Positions 6,106 to 14,933 of a stretch of 20,000 bases of DNA are shown piece after piece. The notes under the pieces were generated by a model, which worked only from the letters and a program-made list of their open reading frames with translations, was not told the origin of the DNA and did no database searches. The stretch's first letter is position 1. Every line of letters starts with the position of its first letter. The translations under genes were made by a program, and so were the position numbers. This DNA is from an uncultured virus (IMG/VR IMGVR_UViG_3300034062_004002). Taxonomy: Duplodnaviria > Heunggongvirae > Uroviricota > Caudoviricetes. The stretch lies in the IMG/VR virus record IMGVR_UViG_3300034062_004002. One strand, written 5' to 3'.

Positions 6106-6716
6106 TTCACGGGTTTTTCTCCTTCGTTTAATTTTGATAATGTATTATTATCATGAATAACTAATTTTACATCACCAATTGCTGGAATGTAAATAATATT
6201 TCTAGTTATTCTAGGTAACAAGTCGTGTACTTGGTCAAAAATCCCATTTTTTACTTTTTTCTGTATTAAAGTTGAAAACATAGAACATACTTTACTATAA
6301 TCCCTACTATGAAAATAATCTTTTCCTGTTAAATCATCATGTTTATAGGGGTGAAAGTTTAAAATAAAATCATCATATTTAGATTTATTATTTTCATACA
6401 ATTGATGTATTTTTTCTATATAATTAGGTGACATATAATCATCACAATCATGTCTTGTTTGGATTGTAATATCATTATTTATCGCATATTCTCGATAATC
6501 GTTTTTAACGTCCCCAAACATTAAAATCTCAATATTTTTATCAATAGAATCTCTTATTGTTTGATAATGTAATGGGTTCACTATTAAAGCAATTTTAAAA
6601 TTTTTATCTGTTTGAGAATTTATTGAGGGTATATAATATTTTTTTATTGCTGAAAAATACTTATTAAACCTTTCATCATCTTTAAAATTACATCTGGTTA
6701 CTATTAAATGTTTCAT
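6102..6716 (-). CDS. Putative GT-A fold glycosyltransferase (putative rhamnosyltransferase-like)
   Basis: LIVTRCN...YYIPSINSQTDKNF...QTRHDCDD (DxD) pattern. 4-nt ATGA overlap with the GT2 gene. Confidence 0.7.
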   Translation of the reverse strand: MKHLIVTRCNFKDDERFNKYFSAIKKYYIPSINSQTDKNFKIALIVNPLHYQTIRDSIDKNIEILMFGDVKNDYREYAINNDITIQTRHDCDDYMSPNYIEKIHQLYENNKSKYDDFILNFHPYKHDDLTGKDYFHSRDYSKVCSMFSTLIQKKVKNGIFDQVHDLLPRITRNIIYIPAIGDVKLVIHDNNTLSKLNEGEKPVK

Positions 6717-6725
6717 ATTGTTAAT

Positions 6726-7406
6726 TTAACTATTAAAAAATTTATTTCTTACATTATACAATTGAGCTTTATTCCCTAATTTTTGGAATTTTAATACAGG
6801 ACTATACGTTAAAATATCTTTTTTAGTTGAGTTCTCTTTCCCAATCCATCGTTCCCAATAATACCTATGACTTGTTGGTTCAGGGGGAGTAAGATGTTCT
6901 TTAACATACCTTGACCTAATCCAAAAAAAATTATACCAAATAAACCCAAATTCACTAGGAAAAATTCCACCAATGTCTAAAGTTTTATTTTTTAAAAATT
7001 CGTTTAAATATTCTTCATAATTTTCAATTGTGTATTTAAATAATTGTCCTCTTAAAATATTCCTTTCAGGATATTTTACATTAGAAAACATACCTTTAGT
7101 ATGAAAATATAAAATTATTGAATCCTCTTTTTGGGATAAGTCGTAGATTGATTTAATTCCTGGATATTCATACATATTTTTTTCAACTCTATTGAATATT
7201 TGAATCTTCTTAAACTTACTCCATAAATGTTGTTTTATTCGTTTTAACTGTTGGTCATTACACTGTAGACTAATATAAATTTCATCGGCATCATCATATA
7301 TCTTAGAATTTTTTAATGACCATAATTGTTCTAAAACAATTTCCTCCCATTTATCCTCTAATAAGGATGCGAAATATACTATTTTTACTTTTTCGTCACC
7401 AATCAT
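6726..7406 (-). CDS. Putative glycosyltransferase-associated protein (YEYP...LYFHTKG...NFFW...YYWERWIG)
   Basis: Clean ORF heading the glycosyltransferase operon. The motif set resembles uncharacterised GT-like proteins of large viruses; function is inferred from context. Confidence 0.55.
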   Translation of the reverse strand: MIGDEKVKIVYFASLLEDKWEEIVLEQLWSLKNSKIYDDADEIYISLQCNDQQLKRIKQHLWSKFKKIQIFNRVEKNMYEYPGIKSIYDLSQKEDSIILYFHTKGMFSNVKYPERNILRGQLFKYTIENYEEYLNEFLKNKTLDIGGIFPSEFGFIWYNFFWIRSRYVKEHLTPPEPTSHRYYWERWIGKENSTKKDILTYSPVLKFQKLGNKAQLYNVRNKFFNS

Positions 7407-7481
7407 AATATCAATCTCTTTATATCAATTAAATATACTTTCGTTTCGAATCTTGTAAATTATTACTCGGTGGAGTTATAT

Positions 7482-7511
7482 AAAACACAAAAGGGTGTCT
7501 TTCAACACCCT
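7482..7511 (-). terminator. Intrinsic terminator of the 12163-7583 operon
   Basis: AGGGUGUU-GAAA-GACACCCU followed by UUUGUGUUUU. Confidence 0.8.
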
Positions 7512-7523
7512 ATTTGCTTGATT

Positions 7524-7578
7524 TGGATACCCCCTTTCTTTAATTTGGTTTATCCCGTGTGAGTAATTACCTCACAGG
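7524..7578 (-). other. Structured 3' UTR containing an extended Shine-Dalgarno-like sequence with no downstream AUG
   Basis: Hairpin UGUGAG/CUCACA (7576-7571/7563-7558), then AGAAAGGGGGUAUCCA (7539-7524), which is complementary to the 16S rRNA 3' tail. Confidence 0.55.
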
Positions 7579-7582
7579 TATT

Positions 7583-9304
7583 TTAAGAAGTTGCTAACGC
7601 TTTTTGTTTTAACGTGTCGGTAGCAACATTCATCTTATTTTTAACTCCTCCAAGTAACGGACAGATAAAACTTCCTAACGCTTCTTCGATTTTAGAACCC
7701 AAAGAAGTTTCGTCTAACATATCAACAATTGAGTTTCTAAGTATATCGTAGAACGGACCTTCAAGACCTTTTTCGTGAGTTAATTTTCTAACCGTCCCTT
7801 CAGCAACTGACTTTGAAATTAATTTTGTTAAGAAATTACAATCAGTTAATTTAGGAATGTCCCCAATCGGTAAGTTACCAATAGCGGTGATAACAATACT
7901 TCCTAACCATCCGTTAGAATCCATAGGAGTTAAATGTTCAACTAACCATTTAGCAATGTATTCTTTAAAATATTCCATAATACCATCAGGTGCATGACCA
8001 AATAAACCTTTCAATGTATCCCAAAATCCTTCGTTAATAATTTTTTTGTCAAATCCTTGTGAGTTTAAATAAGTCATTTCAGATAACAATTCATCAAAAA
8101 ACTTATCTTTTTGTTTTTTAGTTTTAAGACTAACATTTTCTGAAATAATTGATAATCTAGCCTTAACTATTTTACCCTCACTTAACACATTTCTTTCTTT
8201 AGTTTTTTTAGTTTCAATTAAACTTTCTCTAATTAGATTTTTTAATTGTTTTTCTTTACTTTCTCTTTGAACTGTTGACCCTGCATTAACATTTAAACTA
8301 TAGTCAGTTAGACCACCTGTTTGTGTTTGTACGGGATTCGCAAATTGTAATCTTTCCGCCGATTTTGCAAATTTAGGGTAATTATTTATACAATTTCTAA
8401 TTACAGGTTTCATCATTTTAAGTCTTTCGGGACTTAACTCTAATTTTTTATCATACGCATTACCGTAAAGTTCAATCGCATTTTTACAAGAAACTTTTCT
8501 TGTTTTTTCATCACCTGATTTAGCACTGTTCACCGCTACATCTAATTTTTTAATAACGTCCGCATCAGCTAAAATATTAGGATTGTAGTACATGTAATAC
8601 GTTGTTTGAAAATCCTTATAAGTTTCAGGATTATCCGATTCAAGTGATAAGTCAGCAACGATATAACCAAAAGAACTTCCTTCAGGTAAATCTTTTTTCT
8701 CAATCCAACCTAATGTTTTCCTTCTTTCAACAGTTTTAGTTGATAAGTCTAAATCGTATTGTTGCGCCCCTTTTTTAACCCAAACTTTTGCGACACCAAT
8801 ATTATTTCCTAAGATTTTAACAAGTTCCTCAGCATAAGGTGAATTCTTATTTTCAATAGTTGTAATTGCATCGGATAGTTTAACTAATGTCCAACCTTCA
8901 CCTACAGGTTTTTCAACACCCTCGTTCCAAGCAACAACTTGATTTGATGTAAATTCAGCTAAACGGCCTAAAGCTTTTTGTTGGTCAGGAGTTAAAATAG
9001 AATCTTGAGTTTTATTTAATTTTTCGCAATACCATTTTGTTGTTCTAACAATTTTACCTGCTTTATCTCCTGTGGTTCTCCACTCTCTTTTTCCATCAGG
9101 GAAGTCAAATACGTGAGGATTAGCTTTATTATCGGGGTTTGTTGATTGTTGGTAAACAACCTCTCCACCCCCCTTTGGGTCAATAAATGGTCCGGTGACT
9201 TTAGGCCAACATCCTGCGGTAAACGCTTTTTGAAGTTTTTCTTCTTTGAATTGAGCTGCCCCTGGATTAAGTACGTCTTCTTTTATAAATCTTTTATTTT
9301 TCAT
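7583..9304 (-). CDS. Hypothetical protein (573 aa), probable virion/internal head protein
   Basis: Long ORF in the TATTTAT-driven operon, with a cluster of [IL]xE sites (LIRESLIE, VLSE, IISE, IINE) ahead of a helical amphipathic C-terminal domain. Confidence 0.6.
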   Translation of the reverse strand: MKNKRFIKEDVLNPGAAQFKEEKLQKAFTAGCWPKVTGPFIDPKGGGEVVYQQSTNPDNKANPHVFDFPDGKREWRTTGDKAGKIVRTTKWYCEKLNKTQDSILTPDQQKALGRLAEFTSNQVVAWNEGVEKPVGEGWTLVKLSDAITTIENKNSPYAEELVKILGNNIGVAKVWVKKGAQQYDLDLSTKTVERRKTLGWIEKKDLPEGSSFGYIVADLSLESDNPETYKDFQTTYYMYYNPNILADADVIKKLDVAVNSAKSGDEKTRKVSCKNAIELYGNAYDKKLELSPERLKMMKPVIRNCINNYPKFAKSAERLQFANPVQTQTGGLTDYSLNVNAGSTVQRESKEKQLKNLIRESLIETKKTKERNVLSEGKIVKARLSIISENVSLKTKKQKDKFFDELLSEMTYLNSQGFDKKIINEGFWDTLKGLFGHAPDGIMEYFKEYIAKWLVEHLTPMDSNGWLGSIVITAIGNLPIGDIPKLTDCNFLTKLISKSVAEGTVRKLTHEKGLEGPFYDILRNSIVDMLDETSLGSKIEEALGSFICPLLGGVKNKMNVATDTLKQKALATS

Positions 9305-9326
9305 ATTTCTTATGTTGTTTTTAATT

Positions 9327-10700
9327 TTAATCTACGTTAGTATATTCCGTTTCTCTATCGGGACCTGGTGACGTTGTAGTAGTAGTTCCACCACAATTAG
9401 CCATAATTTTATCATAAATTTCTTGAGTGATTATCACATCATATCCTTTACTCTTAAGGGCTTTTTCTGTGTCAGAACCAAATTTACCGTCAGACGTTAT
9501 TCCTAAACAATCTTGGATTTTTTTGATGTCATCATTTTTACATCCTTTTTTGTATGGGAATGATGTACAGTTAGTCCATGTGGTTCCACCTCCGTTTGAA
9601 ACACATTTTTCACCATCCCAAGTTTGACCTTCGGGACATTTATCAACATCAGAGACTAACCCTTCACAAGACATCGCATAATCAGTTCCATTAACAGTTA
9701 TAACTATACCACTATCCGTTTCGTCCCATTTTCCTGTATATTTGTCATTTCCTGTGACAAATTTTTTATCATCAAAAAATTTACCACCACCATTTGTATC
9801 AATAGCCTTATTACCCGTATCAGTTATTAACACATAGTCCAAACCTTCTTCACCCATTTTTTGTAAATCCTCTTCTGGAATATTTTTACTAATACAGTCA
9901 GGGAATGGTTTTGAGCCTTCGTCCATCCACCATCTATATAAAAGATATAGTCCACCTGCGGCTAACAGATATTTAAATATTTTACCTCTTGTCATACCAA
10001 CAATTTTAGTTTTGAAACTTTGCCACATTGTTGGTTTTCCTGGTATCGGTTTTAAGTTTTTAGGTCTTTGTTTTACAGGTAGTTTTGTATTTTTTACAGG
10101 AGGGGTTTTACCACCTTTGACAGGAGGGGTTTTACCACCTTTGACAGGGGATATTTTACTAAGACCTTTTTTATTTGCAAATTTTGCAGCAATTTCGTCC
10201 GCGATTGCTGGGTCGTATCCTTTTTTAACTAAACTCTTACTAACTTGGGTCTGAGTCATGTTCGCATATCTAACGTCTTTAACCGCCATGTCCGCGGCTT
10301 TATTAGTAAGTGTAGTTCTTAAACTACCTGTGGCCTTACCTGTTTTCATAAGTCCTTTTGCTAATTCACTTAATTGGGCTTTATTTAACGTATTTTTGAT
10401 TAACGCGGTCATAACTTCATCACCACTACTTAAACCTATTTTTCCGTATATTTTAACATCATTAAATAACGTAACACCAGCCGTATATTTAAGGTTTCTT
10501 GTTGTTTTTAAAGCTAAAGCCGCCGCTTCATCACTAGTTCCCAAAATCGATTTAAGCAAGGCTTTACCCGTTTGTTCGGAAATTATTTTTTTGGACTCAA
10601 CCAATTTAATTATCTCTATGTTTTCACTTAACGTGTTTTTACTATCATAACTCATTAATAGTTTTACTCTGTTAAGTTCTTCTAATACTATGTTTTTCAT
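9327..10700 (-). CDS. Probable virion protein with a transmembrane helix and a C-terminal peptidoglycan-binding-like domain
   Basis: N-terminal EELNRVKLLMSYDSKNTLSEN leader, Lys/Pro repeats, hydrophobic IFKYLLAAGGLYLLYRWW, and C-terminal KKGCKNDDIKKIQDCLGITSDGKFGSDTEKAL matching the PG_binding_1 pattern (G....V..lQ..L...DG.FG..T..A). Confidence 0.7.
   Translation of the reverse strand: MKNIVLEELNRVKLLMSYDSKNTLSENIEIIKLVESKKIISEQTGKALLKSILGTSDEAAALALKTTRNLKYTAGVTLFNDVKIYGKIGLSSGDEVMTALIKNTLNKAQLSELAKGLMKTGKATGSLRTTLTNKAADMAVKDVRYANMTQTQVSKSLVKKGYDPAIADEIAAKFANKKGLSKISPVKGGKTPPVKGGKTPPVKNTKLPVKQRPKNLKPIPGKPTMWQSFKTKIVGMTRGKIFKYLLAAGGLYLLYRWWMDEGSKPFPDCISKNIPEEDLQKMGEEGLDYVLITDTGNKAIDTNGGGKFFDDKKFVTGNDKYTGKWDETDSGIVITVNGTDYAMSCEGLVSDVDKCPEGQTWDGEKCVSNGGGTTWTNCTSFPYKKGCKNDDIKKIQDCLGITSDGKFGSDTEKALKSKGYDVIITQEIYDKIMANCGGTTTTTSPGPDRETEYTNVD
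10096..10148. repeat. In-frame 24-bp tandem repeat (2.2 copies) encoding PVKGGKTP
   Basis: ACAGGAGGGGTTTTACCACCTTTG at 10096-10119 and 10120-10143, then ACAGG. Confidence 0.9.
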
Positions 10701-10720
10701 ATCTATTTTGTTTTATTTTT

Positions 10721-12163
10721 TTAAAGTTCGAATTCTAAATCATCCACATTTATATTTTGTTGTAATTGGTCTTGTATTTCTTTTTCCGCTTGTTTAATTT
10801 GTTCAGGTGTAACTTCACCATTTTCTATTTTTTCAGTACATGTTGCCCCATTTAATCCTAACGCCGCACAAAGTGCCGTTGTGACTAAAAATGCGTTACC
10901 CGCTGATTTAACAATAACACCTTTAGCAGGAATTACCTTACCTAAATCAGGTCTATAGGATTTATTTAAAAAGTCCTTAGCTTTTTGTCCAGTACTAACA
11001 GGTTTAATTTTGGTTGACGCCTTTGTGGCGATTTTGCCTCCACTACCCGCAACCATATCGTCAGTTATTTTACTTAATTGAGCGGTAGCTCTTGACCCCC
11101 AACTTTTTAATGTTGTCATTCCTAATTTTTCACCAAGCCAAGTAGCGGCTTGGGTTATATAACCACCCAATTTAACTATTCCACCTTTAATGGCGTTAAA
11201 TACTTTTAATAATACTCCTCCTTTAGAAACCGCAGCTTTACCTAAACTAGCAAAACTTTTAATCCCCATGGTTGCCGCTTTAACAACTTTACCCAAGGCA
11301 GGTAATAATAATGAAATAGCGTCAATCACAATATCCATAACAGACCATTGATATTCACCCGATTCATATTTACCACTCATCATTTTATATAAATCCCAAA
11401 GAAGTAATGCTCCAAAAATAATAACTGTTGGTATTTGACCGATTGCAGGAATCATAGATATTCCTGTTAATACAGCAACACCACCTGCAGACATAACTGC
11501 TCCTCTAATACCCTCCATTAAACACTCAACAAAATTATTTGATAAACATTTATATGCGGATTTAACGGCATTTTTAACGGTGTCCCAAAGAGCGGCACCT
11601 TTTTCTTTAGCGTAATTCCAAATACCTTTTTGTTGTATTTGATTTATTTGTGATGCTCCCCATTTTGCAAATTGTTGGGTTTTTTCTTTACCATAATTGT
11701 AAACATTTTTAGCTCCTTTGACAACTGCCCTACCCCAATCCGCAGGATTATACCATTGTTCTAAAAGGACCTTAAACGATTCCCATGACTCAGTAATTCT
11801 TGATTCAATAATAAGTCTATCGACAGATTCGTTAATTAATAATAAATCACCACCAAATATATTCTCCCATTCTTTAATTAAGGTTATGGAATTTTTGGGT
11901 CTGTATATTTCAATAATATTGGCTAAAAATTTTCTTGGTGCTGCGGCGTACTCGACAAGGTCTAATTGACCTGTCTTAAATTTAAAATCAAAATTTTCTT
12001 TCATAATGTCTATAGCGACATTTAAATTATTATAGGTATATGAAAGGTAATTTTTACCATTTAAGTCGTTTAACTGTTCAGAAAGTTTTACAACGCCTCT
12101 ATTTGTAAAAACATATTGTAAATTATGTGACACTCCTTCAAAGGATAGTTTTGTTTTTTTCAT
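10721..12163 (-). CDS. Hypothetical membrane-interacting protein (480 aa), probable virion/ejection protein
   Basis: N-terminal third rich in [IL]xE sites. Later parts have a hydrophobic hairpin (GGVAVLTGISMIPAIGQIPTVIIFGALLLW) and Ala/Gly/Lys-rich amphipathic helices. TATTTAT lies upstream. Confidence 0.6.
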   Translation of the reverse strand: MKKTKLSFEGVSHNLQYVFTNRGVVKLSEQLNDLNGKNYLSYTYNNLNVAIDIMKENFDFKFKTGQLDLVEYAAAPRKFLANIIEIYRPKNSITLIKEWENIFGGDLLLINESVDRLIIESRITESWESFKVLLEQWYNPADWGRAVVKGAKNVYNYGKEKTQQFAKWGASQINQIQQKGIWNYAKEKGAALWDTVKNAVKSAYKCLSNNFVECLMEGIRGAVMSAGGVAVLTGISMIPAIGQIPTVIIFGALLLWDLYKMMSGKYESGEYQWSVMDIVIDAISLLLPALGKVVKAATMGIKSFASLGKAAVSKGGVLLKVFNAIKGGIVKLGGYITQAATWLGEKLGMTTLKSWGSRATAQLSKITDDMVAGSGGKIATKASTKIKPVSTGQKAKDFLNKSYRPDLGKVIPAKGVIVKSAGNAFLVTTALCAALGLNGATCTEKIENGEVTPEQIKQAEKEIQDQLQQNINVDDLEFEL

Positions 12164-12170
12164 CTATTTT

Positions 12171-12177
12171 ATAAATA
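12171..12177 (-). promoter_or_regulatory. Putative phage late promoter TATTTAT
   Basis: The same heptamer lies just upstream of seven genes; here it is 7 nt before the ATG. Confidence 0.6.
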
Positions 12178-12184
12178 TCGTGGT

Positions 12185-12433
12185 TTACAATAAAGTGTTG
12201 GCTTTTCCTCGGTTAACTTTAACAATATCCGACCATTTAGTTTTTGTCACTTGATTTGCCGGTCCTGTTCTTGCAACACCTGTCTCCCATTTGGTCACAG
12301 TAGGATATTTTGCACCACCTCCACCACCACCACTTGGTGATGCCGCAGCATCTTGTTCTCCAAGTTCCCCCTCATTTTCTTTTAGGGTATATTCCTTCAT
12401 TAAGGAAATTATATAGTCAACATCATTTATCAT
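12185..12433 (-). CDS. Small hypothetical protein with a Gly-rich linker
   Basis: 82-aa ORF, TATTTAT 4 nt upstream, LKE and LGEQ sites, then WETGVARTGPANQ...RGKANTL. Confidence 0.8.
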   Translation of the reverse strand: MINDVDYIISLMKEYTLKENEGELGEQDAAASPSGGGGGGAKYPTVTKWETGVARTGPANQVTKTKWSDIVKVNRGKANTLL

Positions 12434-12437
12434 ACTA

Positions 12438-12473
12438 ATAAATATTTTGTTTTGAAAAAAATACGTATATTTG
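12438..12473. promoter_or_regulatory. Divergent promoters: TATTTAT (minus, 12438-12444) and TATATTTG (plus, 12466-12473)
   Basis: Each motif is oriented toward its adjacent gene. Confidence 0.6.
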
Positions 12474-12493
12474 TAGAAATATAAATTATAACT

Positions 12494-13000
12494 ATGAAAA
12501 GACTAATATTTGTTTCTCTATGTGTGATGTTTTTAACGTCTTGTTTAAAATATTCTGAACCAACATTATTAAGTTTAAGTGGTGAATATGTTGTAGATAG
12601 GATTACTTACTCAAAAGTTGAAAACTCAACTTCACATGGAGATTCCACATATCTTCCAGGAACAACATATATTAACCCTAATGATGTTTTTCCTATGGAT
12701 AGTGTTAGTGTTGGGTTTACCAAATGGCATTTGGATTATAGTGTTATTTCATTTTGTCCAACAACATTACTATCGGGCCAAGTAATTTGGGGTAAACAAT
12801 ATTTTTATAAGACTATCGGGAACCATACTATATACGACTTAGGATACATTCAATTCGATGTTAACTCAAGTTCAAGAACGTTTAAAATTATTAGTGATGA
12901 TGTTGAAAGTTTAACATTACGTACAACAGGGTTATGGTCGAGCGGTAGTTCGGGTCCTGAAGAGTCCGTTACAATACACTTAACGAGAATCGGTCCTTAA
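12494..13000 (+). CDS. Lipoprotein, possibly a lipocalin-like beta-barrel
   Basis: Signal peptide MKRLIFVSLCVMF with lipobox LTSC, then LSGEYVV at the start of a beta-rich domain. Confidence 0.75.
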   Translation: MKRLIFVSLCVMFLTSCLKYSEPTLLSLSGEYVVDRITYSKVENSTSHGDSTYLPGTTYINPNDVFPMDSVSVGFTKWHLDYSVISFCPTTLLSGQVIWGKQYFYKTIGNHTIYDLGYIQFDVNSSSRTFKIISDDVESLTLRTTGLWSSGSSGPEESVTIHLTRIGP

Positions 13001-13308
13001 AATAAATCTGAGTTAGGTAGTTTAGTCGGGTAGATTAAATAGTATTCATTTAAGAATGATGTGATTTCTTGGTCGTCAACAACTTTATTGTCTTCTTCAT
13101 AATTGTCATCCTCATAATCTTCATCGAGTAATGTTCTGTAGTTATCTGTTATGTCTGAAACAAAGTCATAACCAAAATCGGTTATTTCGTCAAAGTCAAT
13201 TTTATCTTCTCTAATTTCATCCTCTCCATCTAAAGTGGTTCTAAATGTAACATCAAGAGTTTTTGATGAATCATTTAAGTAATATGATACTAATTCTTTA
13301 ATTTCCAT
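12997..13308 (-). CDS. Acidic hypothetical protein (103 aa)
   Basis: Clean ORF, strongly Asp/Glu-rich. Confidence 0.85.
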   Translation of the reverse strand: MEIKELVSYYLNDSSKTLDVTFRTTLDGEDEIREDKIDFDEITDFGYDFVSDITDNYRTLLDEDYEDDNYEEDNKVVDDQEITSFLNEYYLIYPTKLPNSDLF

Positions 13309-13367
13309 GTTTTTTTAATTTAAATAATTTAATTATACATAAGAAATATCTCAAAAATATTGAAAAG

Positions 13368-13922
13368 TTATAGATTTTTAAATCTTCTGAACATATCTAA
13401 TGATTTGTTAACTTGTTCTTGTAGAGAACTAATGATTTCATCATCCTCCTCATCATCGTTAGATAAACCTAAAACATCTTCAATATCCATATCCTCAAAT
13501 TCAGGTTCTTCATCATCACCGTAATATGGGTTATACATACTTAAATCTTTATAATCGTCTTCCTCGTTGTCACCATAATCTGTTCCTGGCCAAGTACTTG
13601 CGTCATCATCTTCAAACGTTCCATGTTCTAAATCATCGTCACCATCACCAATCATATCCAATTGTTCTCCAACACTCACCATGTAAGATTCTTCCTCCTC
13701 ACTTTCAAGGACACTTTCGTTAATTCCCATATTTTTATATGTGGTAACCTGACCTTTATTATTAATAGTTATACCCTTTTTATCATTCGCAAAATCTTGA
13801 GTATATAACGGTTGTTCATTTGGTTTGGCGTAGTTTGTTACATATCCGTCATAGACATGTTTATGTTGGTCAAGAATACTAGTTTTTTCCTCATTTGTCA
13901 TTTTAAAAAAATATTGGTTCAT
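13368..13922 (-). CDS. Highly acidic hypothetical protein (184 aa), possible scaffold/head protein
   Basis: TNEEKTSILDQH leader, INESVLES sites, long acidic tract, TATTTAT at 13940-13946. Confidence 0.8.
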   Translation of the reverse strand: MNQYFFKMTNEEKTSILDQHKHVYDGYVTNYAKPNEQPLYTQDFANDKKGITINNKGQVTTYKNMGINESVLESEEEESYMVSVGEQLDMIGDGDDDLEHGTFEDDDASTWPGTDYGDNEEDDYKDLSMYNPYYGDDEEPEFEDMDIEDVLGLSNDDEEDDEIISSLQEQVNKSLDMFRRFKNL

Positions 13923-13983
13923 AATGATTTGTTTTAAATATAAATATGTTGATTTGATGGAATATTTTTTTTATCCTTAAACT

Positions 13984-14274
13984 ATGAAAGTAGATATAGA
14001 CGAATACGCAGAAGGAGCAATCTTATTAGACGGTTTAGAGGAAGCAATTATTGGTATTGTTGAGGAATTTGGTAATGGTAGACGAATACTTTATTCAAAA
14101 TCTAAGATTTTATCTATATTACAAATTAGAGACGGAATGACTGAACAAGAGTCCGAAGAATTCTACGATTATAATATTTTAGGACTCTACGCTGGTGAAC
14201 AGAACGCTGTCTTTTTAGACTTAAATGTTACCCCAACAAAAAAGAACGATGTATGGGATTTTATTTTAGAATAG
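13984..14274 (+). CDS. Hypothetical phage protein (LLDGLEEAIIG...DGMT..E..EFYDYNILGLYAGE)
   Basis: Clean 96-aa ORF with promoter-like TATCCTTA 4 nt upstream. Confidence 0.85.
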   Translation: MKVDIDEYAEGAILLDGLEEAIIGIVEEFGNGRRILYSKSKILSILQIRDGMTEQESEEFYDYNILGLYAGEQNAVFLDLNVTPTKKNDVWDFILE

Positions 14275-14883
14275 GTGAAAATAAGTCTCAACTACCATAG
14301 TAGCGTATCTTGAGATGTATCTATTAATATTCTCAAGACTCTCTTCTTTACCTTGAGCTTCTAACGCTTTAATTGTTCCATTAATCATTTCTGATTGAGA
14401 TTGGTCAGCTCTCTCTAAAACCTTTTCAGATACGTCCTCATCAATATCTTTGTATTTGAATTCGTGTTCAATTCTATCCTTACCCATATATAAGTATGGT
14501 GCCGCTCCAAACATATTTGTAATACCTGATTCTCTAATGTCCATTAAATAACTTTTTAAAAACCTCATATTAAAGTGTTTAAAAATATCAATATTTTTTA
14601 AGAATACTCTATTTTGGTCGTCAATTTCTGTAATACTTTTTTTAGTAATTACTCTCTCCTTAACAGGATTAGATTTTTTTTTATCTTTAGGAGTGTCCCA
14701 TAAATCAATACTTGATATTAACGCTAATTTACTACCACCATCCCAAGATACAGTATATTGGTCATCACCGAATACTTCTGAATGGGCAATTACGGTTCCT
14801 TGTTCTCCTGGTGATACGGAAGTTTCTCCATCCATATGAAGTAATACTACTCTATCACCGACATTTAATTTAGGGTTTATCAT
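14266..14883 (-). CDS. DUF4314-like SH3-type domain fused to a DUF5049-like helical domain
   Basis: N-terminal GDRVVLLHMD...PGEQGTV...DDQYTVSWDGGSKLAL...D and C-terminal IRESGITNMF. Family assignments are from recalled motifs. Confidence 0.6.
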   Translation of the reverse strand: MINPKLNVGDRVVLLHMDGETSVSPGEQGTVIAHSEVFGDDQYTVSWDGGSKLALISSIDLWDTPKDKKKSNPVKERVITKKSITEIDDQNRVFLKNIDIFKHFNMRFLKSYLMDIRESGITNMFGAAPYLYMGKDRIEHEFKYKDIDEDVSEKVLERADQSQSEMINGTIKALEAQGKEESLENINRYISRYATMVVETYFHLF

Positions 14884-14904
14884 TTTTTCACTATTGTTAT
14901 GACA

Positions 14905-14927
14905 ATAAATATAAACAAAGTATTTAT
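14905..14927. promoter_or_regulatory. Back-to-back TATTTAT motifs (minus 14905-14911, plus 14921-14927)
   Basis: Each copy points toward one gene of a divergent pair. Confidence 0.6.
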
Positions 14928-14933
14928 TATCAT

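Noticed and set aside
2424..13723. Plus-strand ORFs 2424-2687, 3312-3572, 4949-5143, 9146-9340, 9427-9627, 10012-10254, 10258-10650, 11718-11969 and 13526-13723
   Set aside because: All lie opposite better-supported minus-strand genes or RNAs.
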